Assembly (NCBI GenBank): GCA_046765675.1
Contig: JBKPOR010000004.1
Span: forward strand, 7,740-71,739
Length of the DNA stretch: 64,000 bases
Source: Pseudomonadota bacterium
GTDB lineage: Bacteria; Pseudomonadota; Alphaproteobacteria; Sphingomonadales; Sphingomonadaceae
Direction: 5' to 3'
Both the position numbers and the translations under genes were made by a program. The notes under the pieces were generated by a model. That model did not search any database, was not told the origin of the DNA, and worked only from the letters and a program-made list of their open reading frames with translations. Position 1 is the stretch's first letter. Each line of letters opens with the position of its first letter. This document shows, piece after piece, positions 1-9,608 of the stretch.

Positions 1-262
1 CGCCCATTGAGTCCGGAGCGAACGGCCTCGACTCGCTATCACTGGTCCGCTTGCTCCTCAGGCTCGTGCCGAGCGCGTCTTCGAGCCGGACGACCGTCGC
101 CAGAGTGAACGGACGGCTTCCGGCGAGTGCTTTTTCCAGGGTCGAGAGGCTGACCCTGGCCTGGTCGGCGAGCCATTGGCGGGACAGCCTCCGCCGGGCG
201 AGTTCCTCGCGCACGATCAGCGCGACCGCCTGACTTCCCTCGACGCTCAACTCATTGTGCAT
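1..262 (-). CDS. XRE-family helix-turn-helix transcriptional regulator (3' end runs off the window)
   Basis: Hand-translated because the ORF track missed it (no stop in window). ATG at 262 gives MHNELSVEGSQAVALIVREELARRRLSRQWLADQARVSLSTLEKALAGSRPFTLATVVRLEDALGTSL..., a typical Cro/C1-type HTH pattern. Confidence 0.8.
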   Translation of the reverse strand, partial: MHNELSVEGSQAVALIVREELARRRLSRQWLADQARVSLSTLEKALAGSRPFTLATVVRLEDALGTSLRSKRTSDSESRPFAPDSMG

Positions 263-278
263 GGACTCGCCCCTCAGT

Positions 279-345
279 CCGCACATCTCCGCACAATTCC
301 GCACATCTCGTCAATGGAACAGACGCCATGACGCCAGATGTGCGG
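279..345. repeat. Three tandem 10-bp direct repeats (CCGCACATCT / CCGCACAATT / CCGCACATCT) plus one inverted copy; candidate operator array
   Basis: Direct copies at 279-288, 289-298 and 299-308. AGATGTGCGG at 336-345 is the exact reverse complement. A partial inverted GCACAAT lies at 254-260. Confidence 0.75.
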
Positions 346-421
346 GCATTTCCAAGACTTTCCCGTAGCGGCTGAACCCTGTCTCGATCACAGGGCACGT
401 AAGAAATACAGGGGCCCCTCG

Positions 422-526
422 ATGCTCAGCACCAGATTGACGACGGGATTAAGCGGATTGTTCGCGGTCACCACGATTCTGGTCGCCGTTCAGTTCATCA
501 GCGGCGTGCAGGCGTTTCCGCTATGA
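422..526 (+). CDS. Putative 34-aa hydrophobic small protein
   Basis: MLSTRLTTGLSGLFAVTTILVAVQFISGVQAFPL has a single TM-like stretch. AGGGG lies upstream, and the stop overlaps the next ATG (ATGA). Confidence 0.4.
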   Translation: MLSTRLTTGLSGLFAVTTILVAVQFISGVQAFPL

Positions 527-687
527 GCCCGCTCTGGTCAGACAAAGCGCTGGCGCAGGCAGCCTGGACGAAGGCGGTCGCGCGCGGCCTCGTCGACGAG
601 AATGCTGCCGACCATGAGAAGGAATCGACCGGAATCGACCGGATCCGCCGAGTTCCCCGCCCGCGGCTTCACAGCTGGGCGCTCTAG
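523..687 (+). CDS. Putative 54-aa hypothetical protein
   Basis: Hand-translated MSPLWSDKALAQAAWTKAVARGLVDENAADHEKESTGIDRIRRVPRPRLHSWAL. It has an ATGA overlap with the upstream ORF, and its stop overlaps the erpA stop. It is below the ORF-track cut-off. Confidence 0.3.
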   Translation: MSPLWSDKALAQAAWTKAVARGLVDENAADHEKESTGIDRIRRVPRPRLHSWAL

Positions 688-1016
688 ACGCTGAAGCTCG
701 ATCCGCAACCGCAGCCCGACTGGGCGTTGGGATTGGTAACCCGGAACGCAGCGCCGCTCAGATCCTCGACGAAATCAACGGCAGACCCATTCACGAGCTC
801 GAGACTGAGCGGGTCGACAATCAGCTTGACCCCATCCGTTTCGGTTACCGCGTCCTCGGCGTCGGCTCGATCGGCAAGCTCGAACTTATAGCTGAAGCCC
901 GCGCAGCCGCCGCCGTCGACCGCGAGACGAAGGATTGCCGGCTTGTTCTGCCGCTCGGCAATCCACGCGACGCGCCTGGCCGCGCTCTCTGTGAGGCTGA
1001 TCTGGGTGTCGTTCAT
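684..1016 (-). CDS. erpA: Iron-sulfur cluster insertion protein, HesB/IscA/ErpA family
   Basis: LRLAVDGGGCAGFSY and C-terminal CGCGSSF motifs; start taken at MNDTQISLTESAA (ATG 1016). Confidence 0.9.
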   Translation of the reverse strand: MNDTQISLTESAARRVAWIAERQNKPAILRLAVDGGGCAGFSYKFELADRADAEDAVTETDGVKLIVDPLSLELVNGSAVDFVEDLSGAAFRVTNPNAQSGCGCGSSFSV

Positions 1017-1053
1017 GCGACCGAGATAGGAAGTGCGCCGAAGCGCAGCAAGC

Positions 1054-2013
1054 TTACTTGCCCGTGCTCGGTCCGCCGACCCCGACTGCGTCCATCGAAG
1101 CGGCGCCGGCGCGGCGCTGCATCGCAAGCACATAATCGGTCGACTTCATGAACGGGATCGGATTGACGGCGCGGCCGTCGATCCGGACTTCATAATGCAA
1201 ATGGTTGCCCGTCGAACGGCCGGTCGAGCCCATTCGGCCGACCTGCTGGCCGCGCACAACATGCTGGCCGGCGCTGACGAGAACGGCAGACATGTGGCCG
1301 TACCGCGTGGTGATTCCGCGACCATGGTCGACTTCGACCAGGTTGCCGTAGCCGCCGCTGTTCCAGCCTGCGCGAAGCACGGTACCGTCGGCGGTCGCGT
1401 AGATGGGCGTTCCATAAGCGCCAGACAAATCGATGCCCGGGTGCATGGCTGCGTGGTGGTTGAAAGGGTCGGACCGGAATCCGTACGCCGACATAAGGAC
1501 GACGTCGGCCCTGACCGGCTTGTCCGACGGAATTGCGATCACTCCGTCCTGCAGCTTGTCGAGTTTCTTCCAGCTGTCGAACAGGGCCTTGAACGTCGAG
1601 TTGCCGGCGCTCTCGAACGGGCCGCCTTCGCCACCCGCGCGGCCGGCCTTGGCCGGATAGAAGCCGAGGCGGCGGAGCGTGGCCTCGTCGATGTCCTCGC
1701 CCTGCAGCGCCGCGGCGAGCGCGAACTGGCGTTGCTCGATCGCCTGGACTCGACGGTCCGTCTCTGCGGCCAGCCGGGCAACCTGCGCGGAATAATCGTT
1801 GGTAGAAGCGGCTTTAGCGATTGGAGCGGCGGGAACAAAAGCGAAGAAACGTGCCGTTGCGAAGCTCGACCAGGCGACGAGCGCCATCAGCATCAAAAAA
1901 AAGACCGCCTGAACCGGGGCGGAAACTCGAAAGCGGCGAAGCTTGGAACCGTCGTGTACAAACAGGTCGCGATCGCGAAACAGGGCGCCCGTCGCTGCCA
2001 AAACTTGCGTCAT
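1054..2013 (-). CDS. M23 family metallopeptidase with N-terminal TM and coiled coil
   Basis: HPGIDL and HLHYEV zinc motifs, GRSTGNHL; hydrophobic N-terminal segment. Confidence 0.9.
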   Translation of the reverse strand: MTQVLAATGALFRDRDLFVHDGSKLRRFRVSAPVQAVFFLMLMALVAWSSFATARFFAFVPAAPIAKAASTNDYSAQVARLAAETDRRVQAIEQRQFALAAALQGEDIDEATLRRLGFYPAKAGRAGGEGGPFESAGNSTFKALFDSWKKLDKLQDGVIAIPSDKPVRADVVLMSAYGFRSDPFNHHAAMHPGIDLSGAYGTPIYATADGTVLRAGWNSGGYGNLVEVDHGRGITTRYGHMSAVLVSAGQHVVRGQQVGRMGSTGRSTGNHLHYEVRIDGRAVNPIPFMKSTDYVLAMQRRAGAASMDAVGVGGPSTGK

Positions 2014-2350
2014 CTTGTCCCCGCTCCAAAAGCTCTCACGACCGCGCTAAGCGCGCGAGCGCTTCGTTCCACCAAAAGAGGAGCTCCCCAGCCCCCACCA
2101 CGGGCACGCGAATTTGCCCCTCGCGAGCCGTGGAAAGCGGTGTCACCCCGATTGATTAATGATTTCAACCTTCGCGGCGCGTTAGAGGGATGAGTTGCTG
2201 GGTAACTGCGGTGAACGGAAAAAGCGTTCTCGTTACGGACCCGTCCCACAGCAAAATCAAGCGGTTGCGCGGCGCACCGTTTGGGCTGTGGGCGAATCTT
2301 TCGCGGCCGCCTTGCCGCCGCCATATTCTCCCTTACAAGCGGCGGCGGGC

Positions 2351-2390
2351 CACGCCGTCCCAACGCGGCGCGTGCTCTCTGCAAGGAGAG
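2351..2390 (+). ncRNA. serC leader-like cis-regulatory RNA
   Basis: Hairpin CGCCG(2353-2357)/CGGCG(2366-2370), then hairpin CTCTC(2375-2379)/GAGAG(2386-2390) that sequesters the AAGGAG RBS of serC. This matches the described architecture of the alphaproteobacterial serC leader. Confidence 0.65.
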
Positions 2391-2397
2391 TGTTTCG

Positions 2398-3528
2398 ATG
2401 GATCGTCCCAGCGCCAAGCCGGCGCGCCCTCAATTTTCATCTGGACCCTGCCCCAAGCCCCCCGGCTGGACGCTTTCGTCCTTGCTTACCGATTCCCTCG
2501 GCCGATCACATCGAAGTTCGCTCGGCAAGGCTCGGCTGAAGGAAGCGATCGAGCGCACCCATTCGCTGCTCCAGCTTCCGGGCGACTACAGACTCGGGAT
2601 CGTTCCGGCGTCCGACACCGGAGCGATGGAAATGGCGATCTGGTCTCTGCTCGGAACGCACCGTGTCACCATGCTCGCATGGGAGAGCTTCGGCGCGGGT
2701 TGGGTGAGCGACGTCGCAAAGCAGCTCCAACTCGATGCTGACATCCGTACCGCCGATTATGGCGAGATCTCCGACCTCGGGGGCATCGATCCGTCGAACG
2801 ACGTGGTCTTCACCTGGAACGGGACGACGAGCGGAGTCCGGGTATCGAATGGGGACTGGATCGCGGCGGACCGCACCGGCCTCACGATTTGCGACGCGAC
2901 TTCGGGCGCCTTTGCCCAGGACATCGATTGGACGAAGATCGATGTCGGCACCTTCAGTTGGCAGAAAGCGCTTGGCGGAGAGGCCGCTCACGGCATGCTG
3001 GTCCTCAGCCCCCGCGCAATCGAGCGCCTCGAGACGGAGCCCGCGCCGCGCCCGTTGCCGAAGATCTTTCGGCTCACCAAAGGCGGTAAGCTAATCGACG
3101 GGGTGTTCAAGGGCGAGACGATCAACACCCCCTCCATGCTGTGCGTCGAGGATTGGCTCGTCGCACTCGACTGGGCCGAGCGAATCGGCGGCCTGCCGGC
3201 GCTGATTGCCCGAGCCAACGCCAACTCCGCAGCGCTCGACCGCTGGGTTCAAGGGGCAAGCTGGATCGAGCATCTCACGAGCGACCCCGCCATTCGCTCG
3301 AACACGTCGGTGTGCCTGCAGTTCGCTGACCGTTCCGAAGAAGAGGCCAACCGGGCCCGTCAGAAAGCGATCGTCAAGCGTCTCGAGGAGGAAGATGCGG
3401 CCTACGACATCGGTGCTTATCGCGACGCACCGCCGGGCTTGCGAATCTGGTGCGGAGCAACCGTCGAAACGTCAGATATCGAAGCGCTTGGGCCGTGGCT
3501 GGACTGGGCCTGGGAGCAGACAAAATGA
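2398..3528 (+). CDS. serC: Phosphoserine aminotransferase
   Basis: [13 protein letters not shown]-terminus, [13 protein letters not shown]-lysine motif, GLRIWCG; RBS AAGGAG before ATG 2398. Confidence 0.95.
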   Translation: MDRPSAKPARPQFSSGPCPKPPGWTLSSLLTDSLGRSHRSSLGKARLKEAIERTHSLLQLPGDYRLGIVPASDTGAMEMAIWSLLGTHRVTMLAWESFGAGWVSDVAKQLQLDADIRTADYGEISDLGGIDPSNDVVFTWNGTTSGVRVSNGDWIAADRTGLTICDATSGAFAQDIDWTKIDVGTFSWQKALGGEAAHGMLVLSPRAIERLETEPAPRPLPKIFRLTKGGKLIDGVFKGETINTPSMLCVEDWLVALDWAERIGGLPALIARANANSAALDRWVQGASWIEHLTSDPAIRSNTSVCLQFADRSEEEANRARQKAIVKRLEEEDAAYDIGAYRDAPPGLRIWCGATVETSDIEALGPWLDWAWEQTK

Positions 3529-5114
3529 GCGAACAAGTGCGTGTCCTCATCGCCGACAAGATGGATCCCAAGGCCGCCACGATCTTCCACGAGCGCGGGG
3601 TTGCCGTCGACCAGAAACCCGGCCTTTCGCCCGAAGAGCTGGCCGCAGTCATCGGCGAGTATGACGGCCTCGCGGTGCGCAGCTCGACCCGGGTCAACGC
3701 GGCGATCATGGACTCCGCGCTCCCGCGGCTGAAGGTGATCGGCCGTGCCGGGATCGGTGTCGATACGATCGACGTGCCCGCCGCCAGCGCGCGCGGGATC
3801 GTCGTCATGAACACGCCCTTCGGCAATTCGATCACCACCGCCGAGCACGCAATCGCGATGCTGTTCGCGCTCGCCCGCGAAATCCCGCAGGCCGACCAAT
3901 CCACCCAGTCGGGAAAGTGGGAGAAGAACCGCTTCATGGGAGTCGAGCTCGCCGGCAAGACGCTCGGCCTCATCGGGTGCGGGAACATCGGCTCGATCGT
4001 CGCCGACCGCGCCCATGGCCTTAAGATGAAGGTCGTCGCCTACGATCCTTTCCTCTCACCCGAACGGGCCGTTGAGCTGGGGGTCGATAAGGCCGAGCTC
4101 GACGAGCTTCTGACCCGGGCTGATTTCATCACGCTGCACACGCCGCTTACCGACCAGACGCGTGGAATCCTCAGCCGCGAGGCGCTGGCCAGGACCAAGC
4201 CCGGCGTCCGGATCGTCAATTGCGCGCGGGGCGGCCTGATCGACGAGGCGGCTTTGAAGGACGCGCTCGAGAGCGGCCACGTCGCCGGCGCTGCGCTCGA
4301 CGTCTTCCAGCAGGAGCCGGCGAAGGACAATCCGCTGTTTGGAACGCGCGGTCTCATCTGCACGCCGCATCTCGGAGCCTCGACCAGTGAAGCGCAAGTG
4401 AACGTGGCGATCCAGATCGCCGAACAGATGAGCGATTATCTTCTGCTCGGCGGGATCACCAACGCGGTGAACGTCCCCTCGCTGTCCGCCGAGGAGGCGC
4501 CGCGCCTCCGCCCGTACATGGCGCTTGCGGAGAAGCTCGGCCGCCTCGTCGGGCAGGTCGCCGGAACGGAGATCCGCTCGATCGACGTCGAGGTCGAAGG
4601 CGCCGCGGCCGAGCTCAATATCAAGCCGATTACCGGCGCCGTGCTCGCCGGAGTGATGCGGACCTGGTCGGACACGGTCAACATGGTCAACGCGCCATAC
4701 CTAGCGAAGGAGCGCGGAATCGCCGTCCGCGAGATCCGCAATGAGGCCGAGGGCGATTATCATACGCTCGTCGCGGTGACCGTAGGCACGCAACATGGCC
4801 CGAAGCGCGTCGAAGGCACCCTGTTCGGCAACCGCGCTCCGCGGCTGGTCAAGATCTTCGATATCCAGGTCGAGGCCGAGCTCGCCGGACAGATGATCTA
4901 TATCGTGAACGACGACGCGCCGGGCTTCATCGGGGCGCTGGGAACGAAGCTCGGCGATAACCGGATCAACATCGCGACCTTCAATCTCGGCCGCCATGCG
5001 GCGGGCGGGGAAGCCGTGGCTTTGGTCGCGGTCGACGACCCGATCACGCCCGATGTCGCCAAACAACTCCACGCCGTTCCCGGCGTCCGCGAAGTGGTCC
5101 CTTTGAGCTTTTGA
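3525..5114 (+). CDS. serA: D-3-phosphoglycerate dehydrogenase (with ASB and ACT domains)
   Basis: [25 protein letters not shown] motifs; ATGA overlap with serC. Confidence 0.95.
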   Translation: MSEQVRVLIADKMDPKAATIFHERGVAVDQKPGLSPEELAAVIGEYDGLAVRSSTRVNAAIMDSALPRLKVIGRAGIGVDTIDVPAASARGIVVMNTPFGNSITTAEHAIAMLFALAREIPQADQSTQSGKWEKNRFMGVELAGKTLGLIGCGNIGSIVADRAHGLKMKVVAYDPFLSPERAVELGVDKAELDELLTRADFITLHTPLTDQTRGILSREALARTKPGVRIVNCARGGLIDEAALKDALESGHVAGAALDVFQQEPAKDNPLFGTRGLICTPHLGASTSEAQVNVAIQIAEQMSDYLLLGGITNAVNVPSLSAEEAPRLRPYMALAEKLGRLVGQVAGTEIRSIDVEVEGAAAELNIKPITGAVLAGVMRTWSDTVNMVNAPYLAKERGIAVREIRNEAEGDYHTLVAVTVGTQHGPKRVEGTLFGNRAPRLVKIFDIQVEAELAGQMIYIVNDDAPGFIGALGTKLGDNRINIATFNLGRHAAGGEAVALVAVDDPITPDVAKQLHAVPGVREVVPLSF

Positions 5115-5163
5115 CCCGCCCGCTCGGCTCGCCTAGAGGGCCAGCGCATCCAAGGGGAAAAAC

Positions 5164-6453
5164 GTGGGAAACGTGACCGTCATCGGCGCCCAATGGGGCG
5201 ACGAAGGCAAGGGCAAGATCGTCGATTGGCTGGCGAGCCGCGCCGACATGGTCGTGCGCTTCCAGGGCGGCCACAACGCCGGTCATACGCTCGTCGTCGG
5301 CGACCAGACCTACAAGCTGTCGCTGCTTCCCTCGGGCATCGTCCGCGGTACGCCCTCGGTGATCGGCAACGGAGTGGTGCTGGATCCGTGGCACTTGAAA
5401 TCCGAAATCGAGCGGATGCGCGAACAGGGCGTCGAGATCACTCCCGATGTGCTGATGATCGCCGACAATTGCCCACTCATCCTTCCCTTCCACCGGGACC
5501 TCGACGCGCTTCGCGAAGATGCGTCGGGCGCGGGCAAGATCGGCACGACGCGGCGCGGGATCGGCCCGGCCTATGAAGATAAGGTCGGCCGCCGGGCGAT
5601 CCGCGTCTGCGACCTCGCCAAGCTCGACGATCTGGGGCCGCTCCTCGACCGACTTTGCGCGCACCATGACGCGCTCCGGGCGGGATTCAACGAGCCGCCC
5701 GTCGACCGCGATCGGTTGCTTCGCGACTTGACGGAAATCGCCGGCTTCGTCCTCCCCTTTGCGCGACCCGTGTGGCGCGACCTCGACCAGGCATTGCAGC
5801 GCGGGAGGCGCATCCTGTTCGAGGGCGCGCAGGGCGTGCTGCTCGACGTCGACCACGGTACCTATCCCTTCGTCACATCGTCCAACACCGTCGCTGGAAC
5901 GACGGGGGCGGGCAGCGGCATCGGGCCGCGCGGCGCCGGCTTCGTGCTCGGGATCGTGAAAGCCTATACGACCCGCGTCGGCTCCGGGCCCTTCCCGACC
6001 GAGCAGGACGATGAGATTGGACAGCGGCTCGGTGAGCGCGGCCACGAGTTCGGAACGGTCACGGGTCGGCAACGCCGCTGCGGCTGGTTCGACGCGGTGC
6101 TGGTGCGCCAGGCCGTCGCGGTCAGCGGAGTTACCGGCATAGCGCTGACCAAGCTCGACGTGCTCGACGGCTTCGAGACGGTGAGGATCTGCACCGGCTA
6201 CATGCTGGATGGCGAGAAACTGGATTATCTGCCGGCGCACTCGGCCGACCAGGCTCGTGTCGAGCCCATTTTCGAGGAGATCGAGGGGTGGCCGGGCTCG
6301 ACCCGCGGAGCCCGAAGTTGGGCAGACCTTCCGGCCCGAGCGATCAAATATGTCCGCCGGATCGAGGAGCTGATCCGTTGTCCGGTCGCACTCGTCTCAA
6401 CCTCTCCGGAACGTGACGACACGATCCTGGTCCGCGACCCCTTCACGGGTTAG
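5164..6453 (+). CDS. purA: Adenylosuccinate synthetase
   Basis: [28 protein letters not shown] motifs; GTG start. Confidence 0.97.
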   Translation: MGNVTVIGAQWGDEGKGKIVDWLASRADMVVRFQGGHNAGHTLVVGDQTYKLSLLPSGIVRGTPSVIGNGVVLDPWHLKSEIERMREQGVEITPDVLMIADNCPLILPFHRDLDALREDASGAGKIGTTRRGIGPAYEDKVGRRAIRVCDLAKLDDLGPLLDRLCAHHDALRAGFNEPPVDRDRLLRDLTEIAGFVLPFARPVWRDLDQALQRGRRILFEGAQGVLLDVDHGTYPFVTSSNTVAGTTGAGSGIGPRGAGFVLGIVKAYTTRVGSGPFPTEQDDEIGQRLGERGHEFGTVTGRQRRCGWFDAVLVRQAVAVSGVTGIALTKLDVLDGFETVRICTGYMLDGEKLDYLPAHSADQARVEPIFEEIEGWPGSTRGARSWADLPARAIKYVRRIEELIRCPVALVSTSPERDDTILVRDPFTG

Positions 6454-6725
6454 GGGCGCACCTCGAAATCGTCGAAGTCGAACAGCTCGACGTCCCAGAC
6501 GTGCACATCCTCTACCTTCGCGGCGGGCGGACCGCGATGCAGCCGCTCAATCAACTGCTGGACGGCTGCCTCGTCCCCCTCGATGTGGGAATCGACGCGT
6601 CCGTCGGGGCAATTGCGCACCCAGCCGGTGACTCCGAGCTCGGTCGCCTGATCGCGCATCCAGGCGCGGAAGAAGACGCCCTGCACGCGGCCGGTCATGC
6701 TGACGTGCCGCGCGACCCCGGCCAT
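6450..6725 (-). CDS. Acylphosphatase
   Basis: GRVQGVFFR and GWVRN motifs. Confidence 0.92.
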   Translation of the reverse strand: MAGVARHVSMTGRVQGVFFRAWMRDQATELGVTGWVRNCPDGRVDSHIEGDEAAVQQLIERLHRGPPAAKVEDVHVWDVELFDFDDFEVRP

Positions 6726-7528
6726 TACACCGTCGAGATGTCGGGCGCGTCCTCGGCCTTCATTCCGACGACGTTGTAGCCGGCATCGACATGGTGGATC
6801 TCACCGGTAACCCCCGCCGAAAGGTCGGAGAGCAAGTAGAGCCCTGCCCCGCCGACGTCCTCGATCGTCACATTGCGGCGGAGCGGGGCGTTATATTCGT
6901 TCCACTTCATGATGTAGCGAAAATCGCCGATGCCGCTTGCGGCAAGCGTCTTGATCGGGCCGGCGGAGATTGCGTTCACGCGGATGTTTTCCGGCCCAAG
7001 GTCCATCGCCAGATATTTGACGGTCGCCTCGAGACCGGATTTGGCGACGCCCATCACATTGTAATGCGGGATGACCTTCTCCGCGCCGTAATAAGTGAGC
7101 GTCAGCAGCGAGCCTCCATTGGTCATCAAAGCCCGAGCGCGCTGCGCGACGGCGACGAAGCTGTAGACCGAGATGTTCATCGTCATCAGGAAATTGTCCA
7201 TCGACGTATCGACGAACTTTCCGCGGAGCTCGTTCTTGTCGGAATAGCCGATCGCATGGACGACGAAATCGAGGCCACCCCAGCGTTCCTTGAGCTGGCC
7301 GAACGTCTTGTCGAGCGCCTTCATGTCGGAAACGTCGCAGTCGACAAGCATGTCGGAGCCAAGTTCCATCGCCAGCGGTCGAACGCGCTTTTCCAGCGCT
7401 TCCCCCTGGTAGGAGAAAGCGAGTTCCGCGCCCTGCTCCCCGACTGCGCGAGCGATTCCCCAAGCCAGCGAGCGCTCGTTGGCGAGCCCCATAATCAAGC
7501 CGCGCTTGCCCTGCATCAGTCCGGTCAA
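6725..7528 (-). CDS. fabI: Enoyl-ACP reductase FabI
   Basis: GLANERSLAWGIA, YNVMGVAK, NAISAGPIKTLAA motifs; TTG start. Confidence 0.95.
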   Translation of the reverse strand: MTGLMQGKRGLIMGLANERSLAWGIARAVGEQGAELAFSYQGEALEKRVRPLAMELGSDMLVDCDVSDMKALDKTFGQLKERWGGLDFVVHAIGYSDKNELRGKFVDTSMDNFLMTMNISVYSFVAVAQRARALMTNGGSLLTLTYYGAEKVIPHYNVMGVAKSGLEATVKYLAMDLGPENIRVNAISAGPIKTLAASGIGDFRYIMKWNEYNAPLRRNVTIEDVGGAGLYLLSDLSAGVTGEIHHVDAGYNVVGMKAEDAPDISTV

Positions 7529-8559
7529 AGTTGCGGTCCCCCTGTTTCCAGCTCGGCTTCGACATCTTCCCCGGGCTGAGGTTCCTCAACCTCGAGCTCG
7601 TCGGTATAGGGCCCGGTATAGACCTCGCCCTTTAGCGCGGTGGCGCCACCTTCCGCCAGCGCGGCGTTCAATTCGGCGCCGATAACCACGCCGAGCCCCT
7701 CCACGAAGAAGAAAAGGAGGGCGATCATCACCCCGGCGAGGCTGCCGTAGGTGAGGCTGTAGCCGCCGAGCAGGCCGAGGATGTACGGAAGCACTTCGAC
7801 CGTGGCCAGCCACCAAGCCGTGATGAACAGGGCCCCCGGCCACTTGCGGCAACGGTGCTTTCGGTACCGCGCCGGAGTGAGCGCGTAGAACAAGGCGTAA
7901 AAGGTCACGAAGAGCGTTGCCGCCGGAACCAGGCGATAAATTCCGAGCGTGCTCGCGATCCCTTGAGCGAACGGAAGCCATTCAACCAATGCGTGGTGGA
8001 CCAAGGTCAGCGCGGCCGAGGCGGCGAAGGCAATCATGAGCATCAGCACGGCGGCCATGATCAGGAGGATCGAACCCAGCCGATATTCCCAGAAAGGCGC
8101 GCAGAATTTGACCCCATAGGCTCGGCGCAGGATGTCGCGGATCGTTTCGATGAAGCTCGCCGCGGTCCACAGGCCCACGATCCCGCCGAGCCAGAGCAAG
8201 GGACCGGTGCGGACCGTCAGCACCTCGAGGATCGGTTCGCGAAGCGTCGCGGCGACGGTTGGCGGCAGGCGGCGGAGCACGTTCGATACGGTCAGCATCG
8301 CGTCCTGGTTCTGACCGAGGAGGTGCGCGACGGCGGCGGCGAAGATGAAAAACGGGAAGAGCGCGAGGACCGAGAGATAAGCAAGGTTGCCGGCGTGGAT
8401 GAAGCCGTCGTTATAGACTCCGACGGCGACGCGCTTGGTGACTTCCCACGGAGTGATCCTCGGCTTGAGCTTCCTTTCGACGTCCGTGCCGAAGGCCGCC
8501 CGCATGCTTGCGAGCCGCTTGCGCCGTGCTTCGGGCGATTGGGGCGAAAGCTCTCTCAT
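7525..8559 (-). CDS. YihY/virulence factor BrkB family membrane protein
   Basis: AGNLAYLSVLALFP and YGSLAGVMIALLFF...IGAELN patterns; multiple TM segments. Confidence 0.88.
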   Translation of the reverse strand: MRELSPQSPEARRKRLASMRAAFGTDVERKLKPRITPWEVTKRVAVGVYNDGFIHAGNLAYLSVLALFPFFIFAAAVAHLLGQNQDAMLTVSNVLRRLPPTVAATLREPILEVLTVRTGPLLWLGGIVGLWTAASFIETIRDILRRAYGVKFCAPFWEYRLGSILLIMAAVLMLMIAFAASAALTLVHHALVEWLPFAQGIASTLGIYRLVPAATLFVTFYALFYALTPARYRKHRCRKWPGALFITAWWLATVEVLPYILGLLGGYSLTYGSLAGVMIALLFFFVEGLGVVIGAELNAALAEGGATALKGEVYTGPYTDELEVEEPQPGEDVEAELETGGPQL

Positions 8560-8574
8560 CGAACAGTAGTAGCG

Positions 8575-9531
8575 CTAAACTCCAAGATTCGCCCGCGGGT
8601 TGCCGCCGCCGTCCCATTGTTCGGCGAAGCGTTGCAGTGCCGAGTCGTCGACCGGGACGTCGATTTCGATGCTGACCAACTGGTCTCCGCGCTTACCGTC
8701 CTTTGCCGAAAAGCCGCGGCCCTTCAGCCGGAGAACCTTGCCCGAACTCGTGCCCTTGGGAATGGTCAGCATCACCGGCCCTTCCGGCGTCGGGACCCTG
8801 ACCTTGGCCCCCAACACAGCCTCCTTGAGCGTGACCGGGAGTTCCAGGCGAATATCATTGCCTTCGCGCTTGAAGAATGGGTGGCGCGCGATCTCGATCG
8901 TGACGATCGCATCGCCGCGGCCGCCAACGCCCTGGTCGCCCTTGCCGGCGAGCCGGATCTTGGTCCCGTCCTCGACGCCTTTCGGAAGCTTGAGGTCGAT
9001 CGTCTTCCCGTCGGCCAAAGTGATGCGCTGCGGTTTGAGAGTCACCGCGTCAATGAAGGCCACTTTCAACCGATACGCGACGTCGGCGCCCTTTTGGGGA
9101 CCGCGGTTCCGCCGGCCGAAGCTGGAGAAGCCCGTTGGACCGCGGCTGCGGTTCGCGGCCCCGAACAGCCCCTCGAACAGGTCGCTGAGATCGGCCGCAT
9201 CGCCGGTTGAGAAGTTGAAATTCTCAAAGCCGGCGGCGCCCGGCTGAGGGCCAGCGCCACCACCGGCACCATAGCCGCCGAAGCCGGCTCCGAACGGCAT
9301 TTTCGGGTTGCCGTCTTCGTCGATCTCGCCGCGGTCGTAGCGCGCCCTCTTGTTCTTGTCCGACAGCAAATCATAGGCGTGGGTCACCTCGGCGAACCGT
9401 TTCGCCGCATCCGGCTTGTCCTTGTTGCGGTCGGGATGAAGCTGCTTGGCGAGGCTGCGATAGGCCTTCTTGATGTCGGCGTCGCTTGCGCCGCGCTTCA
9501 CCCCCAATCGTTGGTAGAGGTCCAGTGCCAT
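8575..9531 (-). CDS. DnaJ-class co-chaperone (CbpA-like, no zinc finger)
   Basis: J-domain with HPD, G/F-rich linker and C-terminal DnaJ_C repeats. Confidence 0.92.
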   Translation of the reverse strand: MALDLYQRLGVKRGASDADIKKAYRSLAKQLHPDRNKDKPDAAKRFAEVTHAYDLLSDKNKRARYDRGEIDEDGNPKMPFGAGFGGYGAGGGAGPQPGAAGFENFNFSTGDAADLSDLFEGLFGAANRSRGPTGFSSFGRRNRGPQKGADVAYRLKVAFIDAVTLKPQRITLADGKTIDLKLPKGVEDGTKIRLAGKGDQGVGGRGDAIVTIEIARHPFFKREGNDIRLELPVTLKEAVLGAKVRVPTPEGPVMLTIPKGTSSGKVLRLKGRGFSAKDGKRGDQLVSIEIDVPVDDSALQRFAEQWDGGGNPRANLGV

Positions 9532-9608
9532 TTCACTCCCATGCCGGAACGATTCTCAACTGACCAGATGGGTTGCGGCACGCGCGGAGCCAAGCCTAAG
9601 GCCGGGAC

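Noticed and set aside
279-308. CRISPR array or iteron origin
   Set aside because: The repeats are 10 bp with no spacers, and there is no cas or rep gene nearby.
1033-2193. 386-aa plus-strand ORF
   Set aside because: It is the antisense shadow of the M23 peptidase and has no recognisable motifs; such ORFs are common at high GC.
2150-2215. CtrA box upstream of the M23 peptidase
   Set aside because: Only a single TTAA half-site (2156-2159) is present and no N7-spaced partner was found.
5044-6240. 398-aa minus-strand ORF
   Set aside because: Antisense to purA.
7855-9210. 451-aa plus-strand ORF
   Set aside because: Antisense to the YihY and DnaJ genes.
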